Program-made: the position numbers and the translations under genes
Notes under the pieces: model-generated
The model's input: only the letters and a program-made list of their open reading frames with translations
What the model was told of the DNA's origin: nothing
The model's database searches: none
Origin: Fusibacter sp. A1
GTDB lineage: Bacteria > Bacillota > Clostridia > Peptostreptococcales > Acidaminobacteraceae
Direction of reading: 5' to 3'
Length of the DNA stretch: 64,000 nt
Assembly: GCF_004125825.1 (NCBI RefSeq)
Contig: NZ_QQWI01000005.1
Coordinates: 304,414 to 368,413 of the forward strand
Shown: one piece after another, positions 50,357 through 60,798 of the stretch
Layout: each line of letters begins with the position of its first letter
Numbering within the stretch: position 1 is the stretch's first letter

Positions 50357-52106
50357 AGATTACTTGCATTTGATCATTTAGTCCAGATAAATACGTCTTC
50401 CACATCTTACTGAAGTGCCTATCATTCGCATGAAGCTCATCAAGCGTGCCTGATTCAACGATTTGCCCTTGATCCATTACGATAATCAGATCAAACATTT
50501 CAAGTAGGTGCAGTTGATGAATCGGCGTGATGATCGTACGATCCTTGAACTCATTGAGAATCTGACTGAAGATCATTTTTTCATTCAACGCATCGACACT
50601 GCTGCTGATCTCGTCAAGCAAGAGCATTGATTTATGCCTGGCAAAGAACAAGGCTCTTGCAAGTGCTAAGCGTTGTTTTTAACCACCAGACAAATTGACG
50701 CCTTTCTCCCTGATATCGGTATCAAGTCCCTTTGGGAATCCTTTCAACACTTCTGAAAATCTTGATATGACGAGTATTTTTTCCATATACTTCTCATCGT
50801 AGTCCATACCGAATGTGATATTATACCGAATTGTATTTTCAAAAATTTCGATATCCTGAGGCGCCAGCAGACTCATTTGATTGATGCAGTGAAAGTCATT
50901 GATTTTGATGCCGTCAATGATAAGGTCTCCATTACTTGGAGTATGAAACCCTGCAAGCAAATGAATCAGCGTGCTTTTTCCAGATCCGCTACTTCCGATT
51001 ATCGCCACTTTACTTCCAGTACGGAGATCCAGGTTGATGTTGCGAAGCGTACTCTCCTGATTATCATAGCTGAAGTGAAGATTCCTATTTGCAATGTGCT
51101 CCCATGACTCTACTTCTACTGAAACGCTCTTAGCAGTTAATTCGTCGGAAGTTGTGACAATCTGCGAAACTGATTGTAGTGAAGTTTTCCAATCCATCGT
51201 ATCGTAGAAGGTATTTGTAATGTCAAAAAATGATGTGCTCATGGTTTTAAAGTAATTGACAATGGCGATCAGCGATCCAATGATGATCACTCCACCCGCT
51301 TCGCTAGCCGACCACAAGAAAAACAAAATGAGAACAAGTTCTGTTATGAAAGTCCCGGATGCGCTTATGAAGCAGCGCGGTTGGTTTATTTTGAATTCCC
51401 GCATTCTTTCGTGAACATAATGATTGAACTTGTGATTCAGAACCTCATTGGTCTCCTCTTTTAAATGCAGGTTGATCACAGTACGAATGTTGACGATAAA
51501 ATCGAACAACTTAGCAGTATAAGCATGAGTCTCTTCGTTGATACTGTGTAGTATCGGTTGAATAAGCAAATTCATTTTGGTAACTACAACTAAGTTGACC
51601 AGAGTCAAACCGATACATATCATCGAATACTTCCACGAGTAGTTGATGAGTATGAACACCGGTCCGACCGATAATAAAAGATTTCCAAGCATTTCGTGCT
51701 GCATGAACCCATAATCCCTAAGTGAAAAGCTGGCAGTATTGATTCGATTGACAAGCTCTCCAGAATGATTGTTGGTATGCCATTGTATTGGCAAGGAATA
51801 CACTCTACCATACATGTCATCTACAAAGTTCTTTTGCATCGTATATGCCACGGTTAATTCAAAATATCTTGCAGTATGATGAAAAACTTGAAAAGCCAGA
51901 AATCCTACCAGATACATGGACAGCCAAAATAGCGTTGGTCGAATATTTCCAATTCCATTTACTTGCAGCAAGTTGATCGCTTTACCAAATGAATAGGGCT
52001 GAAAAAGAACCCCTGCAAAAGACAAGCTGTGTAAAAAGTATAAAAGAACAATCTTCCAACGTTCTTTTTCCGCATAAATCCATGCTGTTTTAAAAAGATA
52101 TAACAT
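50355..52106 (-). pseudogene. Fused TMD-NBD ABC exporter interrupted by an in-frame TAA in the LSGGQ signature
   Basis: Walker A GSSGSGKST and signature LSGG, then TAA (50679-50681) where Gln is expected. Downstream in-frame KQRLALARALF...LLLDEISSSVD (Walker B). Confidence 0.6.
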
Positions 52107-52410
52107 AGTTCCCTCCTAATTATCCGATTGATTGAAAATTACAGCAAACAGATAAGATAGGCGGCGGTCTAGCTACATAGGGTCAACGTCAATGTTTTGT
52201 AAACTTAGCTTTCATAGTATTTCCTCCTTTGATTAATTACAAATATTGTAACATAACTCATCTGATCCACCAATAATATTTCACTTGATTAATCTTTCAT
52301 CACTTTCCTATGTTTATAAATTACGTATCACGAAATATTATGTTGTTTTATTTTACTTATTGGTTTAGAGTATATTAGAGTATATTTGTGAAAATGCAAC
52401 GGAGGCGTTT

Positions 52411-53751
52411 ATGAATAAAGCACGAATCATTTTATTAAAAAGCATTTTAATCATCGCAGCACCTGCGATTATAGAAATGAGTCTAAATACGATGTTGATG
52501 GTCGCCGATACCATCATGGTTGGTCAGTTGATCGACAAGCAGGCATTATCAGCCGTAGGAATAGCAAACTCCATCATGTTTACCATGATCTTTGTGTTTT
52601 CCTCTTTCAACACAGGAGCAATCGCCATGATTTCAAGGAGTTTTGGCGAAAAGAACATGCCAAAGGCAAAGGATGTGGCACAAACAAATTTAGCGCTTAA
52701 TCTTATCATTGGTATAGCAGTGGCACTTTTGGCGTTTTTATTGAAACCAATTCTTTTTATGCCCTATCAGATCGAACCACTAGTTACATCGCATCTGCAT
52801 ATCTACTATGACATTGTCGTCGCCGGCATGCTCTTTCAGTTCTTGTCCTTTGCCTTCGCGTCCATCTCAAGAGGTGTGGGAGATACGAAAACACCAATGT
52901 ACATTACGGGCTTTGCGGTTGTCACCAACATCATTTTAAACTACGTGCTCATCGCAGGATGGTCTGTGTTTCCTGAAATGGGCATCGCAGGTGCGGCGCT
53001 TGCCACGACGATCGCAAGGATCATGAGTTTTTCGATTTATGTTTTCATCATTTTCGGCGGCAGACATAAACTGAGTTTGTCACTAAAAAACATTCATCTA
53101 AATCGCAGCATCTTAAAACCACTATGGAAGATTTCATACCCAGGAGCGGTAGAACAGTTTCTGATGCAAACGGCATTTTTAGTCCTTGGCATCATCATCA
53201 CCACATTAAGCACAGATTCAGAAGCGCTTTTTAGAATTTTATTAAATATCGAATCGACTAGTTTTATGCCCGCGGTCGGTATTTCCATCGCAGCAGCCAC
53301 ACTTGTCGGTCAATCTTTAGGCGAAAAAGACCCAGACAAAGCGTATGAGATCGGACTACTCTCCGGTTACATTAGCGTGATGTGGGGTGTTATCATCGGC
53401 ATCATCTTCTTCGTCTTCCCAAAGAGCATCTTGGGCCTGTTCACACCAGACCAGGTGATCATTCAAATGGGCATAGTCGTAATGATGGTCTTCGCGTTCA
53501 ACCAACCGCTTCTAAACTTCAATATTGCCATGTCAGGCGCGTTAAGAGGTGCTGGAGATACAAGTATCGTGATGCGTTTGACCTCGATGAGGCTATGGCT
53601 GATCTTCATACCAGGCACCTACCTTTGCGTCATGGTCTTAAAAACAGGCGTAGTCGGTCTTTGGTACGCAGAAATTCTATCATTTTTGCTCTTTAGCTTC
53701 ATCATGCTTAAGCGCTTTAAAAGTAGAAAATGGGCTTATATCGAGCTTTAA
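52411..53751 (+). CDS. MATE-family efflux transporter
   Basis: 446 aa, 12 TM. LIIAAPAIIEMSLNTMLMVADTIMVGQL. Confidence 0.85.
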   Translation: MNKARIILLKSILIIAAPAIIEMSLNTMLMVADTIMVGQLIDKQALSAVGIANSIMFTMIFVFSSFNTGAIAMISRSFGEKNMPKAKDVAQTNLALNLIIGIAVALLAFLLKPILFMPYQIEPLVTSHLHIYYDIVVAGMLFQFLSFAFASISRGVGDTKTPMYITGFAVVTNIILNYVLIAGWSVFPEMGIAGAALATTIARIMSFSIYVFIIFGGRHKLSLSLKNIHLNRSILKPLWKISYPGAVEQFLMQTAFLVLGIIITTLSTDSEALFRILLNIESTSFMPAVGISIAAATLVGQSLGEKDPDKAYEIGLLSGYISVMWGVIIGIIFFVFPKSILGLFTPDQVIIQMGIVVMMVFAFNQPLLNFNIAMSGALRGAGDTSIVMRLTSMRLWLIFIPGTYLCVMVLKTGVVGLWYAEILSFLLFSFIMLKRFKSRKWAYIEL

Positions 53752-53776
53752 AAAGGATCACATAGCTTACTAATGA

Positions 53777-53810
53777 AACGACCTCTTGGATTAACTCCAA
53801 GAGGTCGTTT
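53777..53810. terminator. Bidirectional terminator
   Basis: AAACGACCTCTTGGA-TTAAC-TCCAAGAGGTCGTTT. Confidence 0.6.
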
Positions 53811-55688
53811 CTAGTAAGGGCTAAAGAAGCTAAGCGATGCATCGTGTCTAAAACTAAAGTAGTCCAAATAATTCAAGTCGCTGACTCTCGTGATCACTCC
53901 GCTTTTTAAATCAATGGAATACAACCTGCCTGAATCCAAATGAAGTAGTAATCCTTGAACTTCCTGTTCGTCTTCATATAGTAGACGGAAGTGCTCAGAA
54001 GACATTCTTTTGAAGCTTTGCTGATCGATATCATATTGATAAAAACCTGACTCGTCGTCATATCGATTATAAAAAAGAGTATTTCTTATCTGCTCTAATT
54101 GATTGAATTCACCTTGTGCTATCAAACTGTAATCTCTGTCAATCAGCTGATAAAGTCCAGCTTCATCGCCCGCTGTCGCTGCAAAATCGTTTGTAGCGTT
54201 TTTTACGTGTTCAAGGCTGTTAGTTTTACCTTTTAAGGTTACCTCTTCATCAACACCTATCACCATATCGTTGTTCCACGTAGTATGTTGAGCAGGCAGT
54301 TCCCAGTCAGGATAGGTCTGGTGGCCCTTGATATCAGATATGACATAACTTATCACTGCAAAGGAATCATCCAGCAATAGTAAGATATCAAAATCACCAA
54401 TCAGGTATTCCGCTTTATAGCCTTGATATAGCTCATCATATTCAAGAATTGATAGCTTCATAGGTTTTCCTAAAACAGCTTCCACTTCACCAAGTTTCAT
54501 TCCCTTTCGAACGCCGAACAGCGGTTCATCTCCCCGATAGAACAAGGTGATAATTATCGAATCCTGCTCATCTATTTCACGATTGAACTCCGAAAGGAAT
54601 GAGAATGAACCGATGATACCGTAGTGGGCTCCCCAAAAGAAATCAAACGATACTTGATCATGTTCTACATTCAAAGCCTCTTCCAATTCCCTTACGGTCA
54701 TTCCCAGTCCGATTTCTACATTTGAGATGTCATCAAAGTACTTGCCAAGTGATAGATAATTACCGCTATCCATACCCACCACCTGTAGGTCCTCATTCAA
54801 TGTAACTCTTCTGATTTTGTTACCGCTTCTGAAGCTCAGTTGATTTTCACTATAAATCACAGGTTCAAATTTCATTCCATAGTGACGATCAACCATCAAT
54901 AGCCTATTAGTGATCAAATTCCAGGCATAAAGATTGATTGTATAAGGTTGCTTTAAAAAGTGCTCGTAGTCATCAACATCACTGAACTGAGGATAACTCG
55001 AATAGACTATCCAGTTGGATTCTGCATTAAACACAACTTCAGATCCAAACTGATCAGGTATGCTTATCAAACTGATACTTTGTTCCTCAATATCTAAAAT
55101 CGCCACCTTATCCCATTGGTATACGTTCATCGGGTGCCGATCGGGTACGCAGGTAAGCCTACCGCCCTCATCATTGACATAAAAATCAGAATAACTTCCA
55201 AAGGATTCGATATTGAACTGTGTCGTATCGTATTTGTCATAATCAAAGTCACTTGATGTCAAGTCGACGACATAGATTTCTTGATCAAAGACAACAACCA
55301 TTACTGACTCGTTTTTGTTTACGCTAAAATCGAAAAAATTATCATTCCTCTTGCTGAACACCTCAAGAGGTTTTTCTGACCTTGTAGTCTTCCATATGAC
55401 ACAACTGTTGTCATGCTTCAACTTAATATATTTTGTTCCATTATGCATATCTAGTATATCGTTTGTGTAAGCCAGATAGCCGTCACTGTAACGATGCGCT
55501 GACTTTTCTGATAGGTTCTCAGCCTCTACCTTGTTCAGGCTCTCTTCAAGTTCAAGGATCCTTTGCTTTAGCTCGGTGCTTGTCTGTTTGTACAGTCGTG
55601 AGTCCTGATACAGACTGAATGATAAATAGGATGTCACTACCGATAGTAGGCATAATAACAACACAACCAATCTTACGTTCTTGCTCAT
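53811..55688 (-). CDS. Hypothetical signal-anchored extracytoplasmic protein (625 aa)
   Basis: N-terminal TM then coiled-coil then a large beta-rich domain. Confidence 0.4.
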   Translation of the reverse strand: MSKNVRLVVLLLCLLSVVTSYLSFSLYQDSRLYKQTSTELKQRILELEESLNKVEAENLSEKSAHRYSDGYLAYTNDILDMHNGTKYIKLKHDNSCVIWKTTRSEKPLEVFSKRNDNFFDFSVNKNESVMVVVFDQEIYVVDLTSSDFDYDKYDTTQFNIESFGSYSDFYVNDEGGRLTCVPDRHPMNVYQWDKVAILDIEEQSISLISIPDQFGSEVVFNAESNWIVYSSYPQFSDVDDYEHFLKQPYTINLYAWNLITNRLLMVDRHYGMKFEPVIYSENQLSFRSGNKIRRVTLNEDLQVVGMDSGNYLSLGKYFDDISNVEIGLGMTVRELEEALNVEHDQVSFDFFWGAHYGIIGSFSFLSEFNREIDEQDSIIITLFYRGDEPLFGVRKGMKLGEVEAVLGKPMKLSILEYDELYQGYKAEYLIGDFDILLLLDDSFAVISYVISDIKGHQTYPDWELPAQHTTWNNDMVIGVDEEVTLKGKTNSLEHVKNATNDFAATAGDEAGLYQLIDRDYSLIAQGEFNQLEQIRNTLFYNRYDDESGFYQYDIDQQSFKRMSSEHFRLLYEDEQEVQGLLLHLDSGRLYSIDLKSGVITRVSDLNYLDYFSFRHDASLSFFSPY

Positions 55689-56020
55689 TTAAACCTCCAT
55701 ATCAAAAGTAAAACACACGGTTATCGACCGCATGATCTTAAGACGTCCTGCTGTCTCTAAACACAACCCCTCTCAGACTTTCCATTACAATTTTACTAAA
55801 TTAATGCATTCCTTAGTGCGTTTTAAGAAAAACGTAATATAAGAACATAAGCGGTTTCCTCACTCGACTATCTCAGACATTCGTTCAAATCCGATATAAA
55901 TCCTGCATTTATTTGCTTACGCACTAAAATTAATACCACAACGTGGTAATATTTTACTATAATTGCTTTAAGGACATAATCAAACAGGAACTATTGTTAC
56001 TATAAGAATCGGAGACGAAC

Positions 56021-58525
56021 ATGAAAAACAAGACTGTTCAAACCTATGATGAGGTTCTAAAACATCATCGCCAATCCTTAGCAGCACTCGAAGAAAAGCT
56101 TCAATCACTCGGCATAGAACAAGTGGCTAAGGAGAATGAGGAATTAAAGGACATGAAGGAGGAGTTGGATGAAAAGTTCAAGTCCCTGTCTAAAGAATAC
56201 AATGAGTTGAAAAAGGATTATACGGACCTTAAAGTGGGGTTTATGAGTCATCTAGCTTCTGAAAAAATGGTCCATATCACCCACTCAAAATCCAGAATGG
56301 ATCTACTCTTCAAGCAAGCGGAAGACCGTGTCTATAACCATCTTGAAAAGATTACTATTGAAATGGAAAGCCATATCGATGCTTATACGCAAAAGGCTGA
56401 AATCTTAACTGAATCCTTAAAGGAAAAGTACCAAAATGAATTGAATGCGATAAAGGATCACCTAAAACCTGATGTGCTTGCTGCTAGAGCAGAACTTGAC
56501 AGACTTTTGCAGCTTGAAAAAGCATCTATGGAAGCCTATGATAATCAAGAACTGCAAGCCGTTACAGAGGCGATGCTTATAAAGGAATCCAAACCTTCAG
56601 TTCTCGAATTCAAATGGGGCCTTTCTATTGTAAATAAGATCGGCGCGCTGCTTATCGTGCTGGCGGTCGTACTTGCAGGACAATACACCTATTCCAACTT
56701 CTTTAATGATATTGCAAAAGGGATCACTTTTTATAGTATCGGAATTGTCATGATCGTCATCGGTGAGCTATTTAGCCGAAAAAAATATAAGGCCCTTTCC
56801 ATGTCATTGCTGGGAGGCGGTATCGGTATCTTATATGCGTCCACCTTTATCAGCACGTTCTACCTAAACATATTGGACTTGTGGCCGGCACTAGGTATCG
56901 CTGTTGTCATCGCGATTTGCTCGATTGTTCTTTCATGGCAACATAAATCGCAAACGCTGGCTGCCATCTCGTTGATTGGCGGTTACTTGCCTGTGTTCGC
57001 CTATGTGGTAGTAGAAGGAATAGATACCCTACCTGTACTTGGAGCTGTCACTTATCTAATGGTTCTTAACTTTGTAATCCTTGCAATGTCACTGCGCCAC
57101 GACTGGAAACTGTCTATCATCATCGGTTTCGCATTCAATCTGATCTGTGTGGATGCGCTGGTCATGCTGATGGATGCCGTCTACCTGCAGCTAGCCGTCC
57201 TTGCAATCAACTTTTTGACCTATTTTGAAGTAATCACTTACCGTATGTTAAACAAGACGATCAGGATTGCGGTAGAAGATACTTTGATCACACTGTTTAA
57301 CACCATCGGCCATATTTCCATGATCTATCTTGTACTGAACATCGATAAGGAATTTGCCTATAATGGAGTCATCGCCATCATCTTCGGTACCTTATATCTA
57401 GCTATCGGTATTGTCGCACAAAAAAGAAGGATAGAACCTAAACAGTTGGAACTCTATTACTTGATTTCTGCGGTTTTCGGTGTGCTTGTCGTCCCATTAC
57501 AACTCGAGTTGGAGTGGTGGTTTATCGCATGGCTGCTTCAGTCGGTCGCCTTTCTTGCAGTCGGTAGACGCAACGGGATAGCAAGTATTCAAGTCGGTGG
57601 AATAGTCTTATTGATTATTTCGCATTACATGTTCTACCTAGACAACTTTGACGTATTGATGCCGCTGTCTGACTTCACTTGGAGCGGTGATCTCAATTAC
57701 CTGGCACTTATTTTAGGTGAGCTCTCGGTCTTCTACCTATACAGGGATGAAAGCAAACTGAACAGCGCGTTTTCAAGCATCAACAGATTCTTCAGATACT
57801 TTGTGCTCGCCCATATCATCTATTTTGTTACGATAGAACTTATGAAGACTGTGAACAGCCTATCGGGTGATCTTTACATGGTCGAGTCCGTCGTACTCTT
57901 CATGACCTCCGGTATCTTGATGGTTAAGATGCTCAAGTACTTTGATCTTGATAAGTATATCCATATGGACATGTTTAAAAAAGCCGCCTATTCGCTAATA
58001 GCAATCACAGCCCTTATCAGTAACTTTGAACCTGCAATGCCCGTGGGCATAAGATGGAGCATCGATATCCTTGCACTCATCCTGCTCAACTACTTCATCA
58101 TTCGGGTGATGGTCATGTGGTTTAAAGACGATAGGATCGGCACTCGCATTCCGACAGGTGTGAGCAGTGTCGTCATCGGTTTATACTGCTTATTTGCCTA
58201 CTATGTGAACTTCGCACAGCGGATCGATACGAATTACGATGATGTGCTGCTAAACCTCTCGCTCATCCTATTTGCTATCGCCTATGTCCTTCTCGGCTTC
58301 CTCAAATACAACAGTTCACTCAGAAAAGTAGGCTTACTACTGGCTTTAGTGACAACCGCCAAACTCCTGTTATGGGATTCCATGCACTTTGAACTTGGAC
58401 AGCGCATTGTAAGCTACTTTGCTTTTGGCATTATACTAATAGCCATGTCCTATGTCTACCAAAGAATCAATGCAAAACTTGAAGAACAACTGGATGGAGG
58501 TGACGTTGATGACAAGGAAAATTAA
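56021..58525 (+). CDS. Large polytopic membrane protein with ~190-aa N-terminal cytoplasmic coiled-coil (DUF2339-like architecture)
   Basis: 834 aa, ~20 predicted TM helices after a heptad-rich N-terminus. Confidence 0.5.
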   Translation: MKNKTVQTYDEVLKHHRQSLAALEEKLQSLGIEQVAKENEELKDMKEELDEKFKSLSKEYNELKKDYTDLKVGFMSHLASEKMVHITHSKSRMDLLFKQAEDRVYNHLEKITIEMESHIDAYTQKAEILTESLKEKYQNELNAIKDHLKPDVLAARAELDRLLQLEKASMEAYDNQELQAVTEAMLIKESKPSVLEFKWGLSIVNKIGALLIVLAVVLAGQYTYSNFFNDIAKGITFYSIGIVMIVIGELFSRKKYKALSMSLLGGGIGILYASTFISTFYLNILDLWPALGIAVVIAICSIVLSWQHKSQTLAAISLIGGYLPVFAYVVVEGIDTLPVLGAVTYLMVLNFVILAMSLRHDWKLSIIIGFAFNLICVDALVMLMDAVYLQLAVLAINFLTYFEVITYRMLNKTIRIAVEDTLITLFNTIGHISMIYLVLNIDKEFAYNGVIAIIFGTLYLAIGIVAQKRRIEPKQLELYYLISAVFGVLVVPLQLELEWWFIAWLLQSVAFLAVGRRNGIASIQVGGIVLLIISHYMFYLDNFDVLMPLSDFTWSGDLNYLALILGELSVFYLYRDESKLNSAFSSINRFFRYFVLAHIIYFVTIELMKTVNSLSGDLYMVESVVLFMTSGILMVKMLKYFDLDKYIHMDMFKKAAYSLIAITALISNFEPAMPVGIRWSIDILALILLNYFIIRVMVMWFKDDRIGTRIPTGVSSVVIGLYCLFAYYVNFAQRIDTNYDDVLLNLSLILFAIAYVLLGFLKYNSSLRKVGLLLALVTTAKLLLWDSMHFELGQRIVSYFAFGIILIAMSYVYQRINAKLEEQLDGGDVDDKEN

Positions 58526-59732
58526 TCTGCTCCTACTGCTGTTCCTAATCGCAGGTATTACCTTCGCTGAAACTCCAATTATCTACCAAGCTTCAATAGA
58601 AGTGTTGACTCCACAAGAGTTCAACTGCTTTGCCATCACTCCGGAACTTTATCATTTGAGTAGGAATCAGCTTGGCGATATTAGAATTTTTAATCAAAGC
58701 AAGATCGAAATTCCTTATTTCATCCAAAGGCTTGAACCTAAGAAGATGAATATCATATCAGAAAGCACTTTGACACCTATCGGTGCTAGACGAGAAAAAG
58801 ATAGAGATGTATACGACTTTAAGACCGCATCGACAGAAGATCAAGATATCTTCCTAAGCGCACTTGAGGTTCAGGTGAATACACCTGCCGACTATCTCTT
58901 TGAAGCTCAGATTTGGGGCAGCTATAACCAAGAGGATTTCACATGGATAACAACAGAACCCATCTACAGGGTCACAGGTGGTAAGCAGTCATTGATCACC
59001 TTCAAAAGCGAAGTCGATTATATCTACTACAGGGTAACAACCGATCAAGCCAAATCAGATCTTGTAGATATGTCAGTACAAGGTATCAGGTATACAGACA
59101 AGCTTCTTATGCCAAGTAGCTCGTCGATCATCCAAGCTGATTATCAAGTCGAAGAACAGGAAAAACAGACACAAATCACAATCACCGACTATGCGAACTT
59201 GCCGATAACCAAACTGATCCTTCACGCTGACGGAAGGTTTTTTAGAAACGTGACCGTAGACTATTACTCTTTAGATATGAAATTCAAGACCTATAGGGCC
59301 ACCTTAAGCCAAACACCTGAAATGGGAAGCGGTGCAATCAAACTACCCGAAACCTTCACAGACTACCAGAAAATAGTGCTGACTATTAGCAATGGTGATA
59401 ACGCACCTCTTGACTTAAGTAGCATCGACCTTGAATATACACCAGATTACTTGTATTTTGAGAATCAAACCGATGGAACGTTTCGCTTACAGCTAGGAGA
59501 TGAGTCAGTTGAAGCTCCCGTATATGACATTGGCTATTTCAAAGATGAGATCAGTGCAAAGACCCAAGTGAACTCCAAAGTCGCACACGTGGAGAAAATC
59601 GATAAATCCGATGAGGAACTCCTTGATTCATCGATGAGTGACAGACTCAAACGAACCCTTCTTAACGGTGTCATTATTCTCGCAGGAGCCGTACTTATTT
59701 TCATAAGTCTCAAAGCAGTGAAAAACAAATGA
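58509..59732 (+). CDS. Hypothetical secreted protein with C-terminal TM anchor, translationally coupled to the upstream membrane protein
   Basis: Start at MTRKINLLLLLFLIAGITFA (signal peptide) behind a GGAGGTG RBS, not the longer ORF start at 58452. C-terminal VIILAGAVLIFISL...KNK. 17-nt overlap with the previous gene. Confidence 0.45.
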   Translation: MTRKINLLLLLFLIAGITFAETPIIYQASIEVLTPQEFNCFAITPELYHLSRNQLGDIRIFNQSKIEIPYFIQRLEPKKMNIISESTLTPIGARREKDRDVYDFKTASTEDQDIFLSALEVQVNTPADYLFEAQIWGSYNQEDFTWITTEPIYRVTGGKQSLITFKSEVDYIYYRVTTDQAKSDLVDMSVQGIRYTDKLLMPSSSSIIQADYQVEEQEKQTQITITDYANLPITKLILHADGRFFRNVTVDYYSLDMKFKTYRATLSQTPEMGSGAIKLPETFTDYQKIVLTISNGDNAPLDLSSIDLEYTPDYLYFENQTDGTFRLQLGDESVEAPVYDIGYFKDEISAKTQVNSKVAHVEKIDKSDEELLDSSMSDRLKRTLLNGVIILAGAVLIFISLKAVKNK

Positions 59733-59749
59733 TTTTCACCATAAATATA

Positions 59750-59781
59750 AAGCGGTATCACGACTACTCGTGATACCGCTT
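59750..59781. terminator. Bidirectional terminator
   Basis: AAGCGGTATCACGA-CTA-CTCGTGATACCGCTT. Confidence 0.6.
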
Positions 59782-59821
59782 ATGATCGGTTGAATACCAT
59801 ATACTATAACACGGCTTGACT

Positions 59822-60703
59822 TTAAACCTCTGCAAAGGCAACGCGTTCTACTGACATCAGTTCAATTTCACGTCCGATCGGCAAAAAGTATCTTTCCAAA
59901 AATTCGACTTTACCGATATCCTCAATAAGCTTGAGACCATAATGGTCAAGGTACTCAGGCATCTGACTGGGATCGAGTACGTAAATCCATGCCGCCCCCA
60001 TCATATTGATTTGCTTTTTAAGTGACTTATATTCAGGAAACAGCTCTGGGTTTGTCAATAAGGCTTTGAGTATGTAGGTAAAAACAATCTTGCTTCCATT
60101 TTTTGCTGACGCAACTTACTTTAAGGTATCTGAAACCGCCTCTTCGCTTATGTACTGGGTGACCGCTTCCCAGATGAAAAGTGTTTTTGAACGCTTGTCA
60201 TAACCTGAATTCGAAAGCACCTCCGCTAGGCTTTGCTTGTCAAAATCAATTGAGACAAATCGAACATTATCGGGTATGCCCATTGGCAACTTCGCCATAT
60301 TCTTACTAAACTTATCGATTACTTCCGCTTGATCGACATGATAATAATCAATTTCTTTCATCCTTCCGATTCTGAGGCATCTTGTATCATAACCGCCCCC
60401 CAGATTCACGATGGTTTCCATACCTTCCCCCAACGCCTTATCTATCACATCATCGATATAACGTGTTCTTGCAATAAGCCCCCCATAAACACCTGGAGCT
60501 ATCTTTTCTGACAAGTCGGCCATCCAATGAAGTAGCCGTTTTGATTGCAACATACTTATGAAAGGACGATTGAAAGCAGAAATGAACTTAACGGAGTATT
60601 CATCTTCAAACAATCGTTCCTCGGGAGAAAACATATGCTCCATCGCTTTTGAAGCCGCTGTTTGGTCAGCTAAAGTGGTCTTTTTCATCTTTACCTCCTG
60701 CAA
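59822..60703 (-). pseudogene. LCMT/TcmP-like class I SAM-dependent O-methyltransferase split by a frameshift
   Basis: The first ORF ends ...ISEEAVSDTLK. The continuation VASAKNGSKIVFTYILKALL TNPELFPEYK... is in another frame, with the break around 60105-60120. Confidence 0.5.
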
Positions 60704-60798
60704 CTATCGAAATAGGCTTATAGATCGCTTAAGTATCCCTATACCCATTCACAAGATGAAATCACTCAAAGCAAGCCTTGCGGTGACAAGTATTCAAA

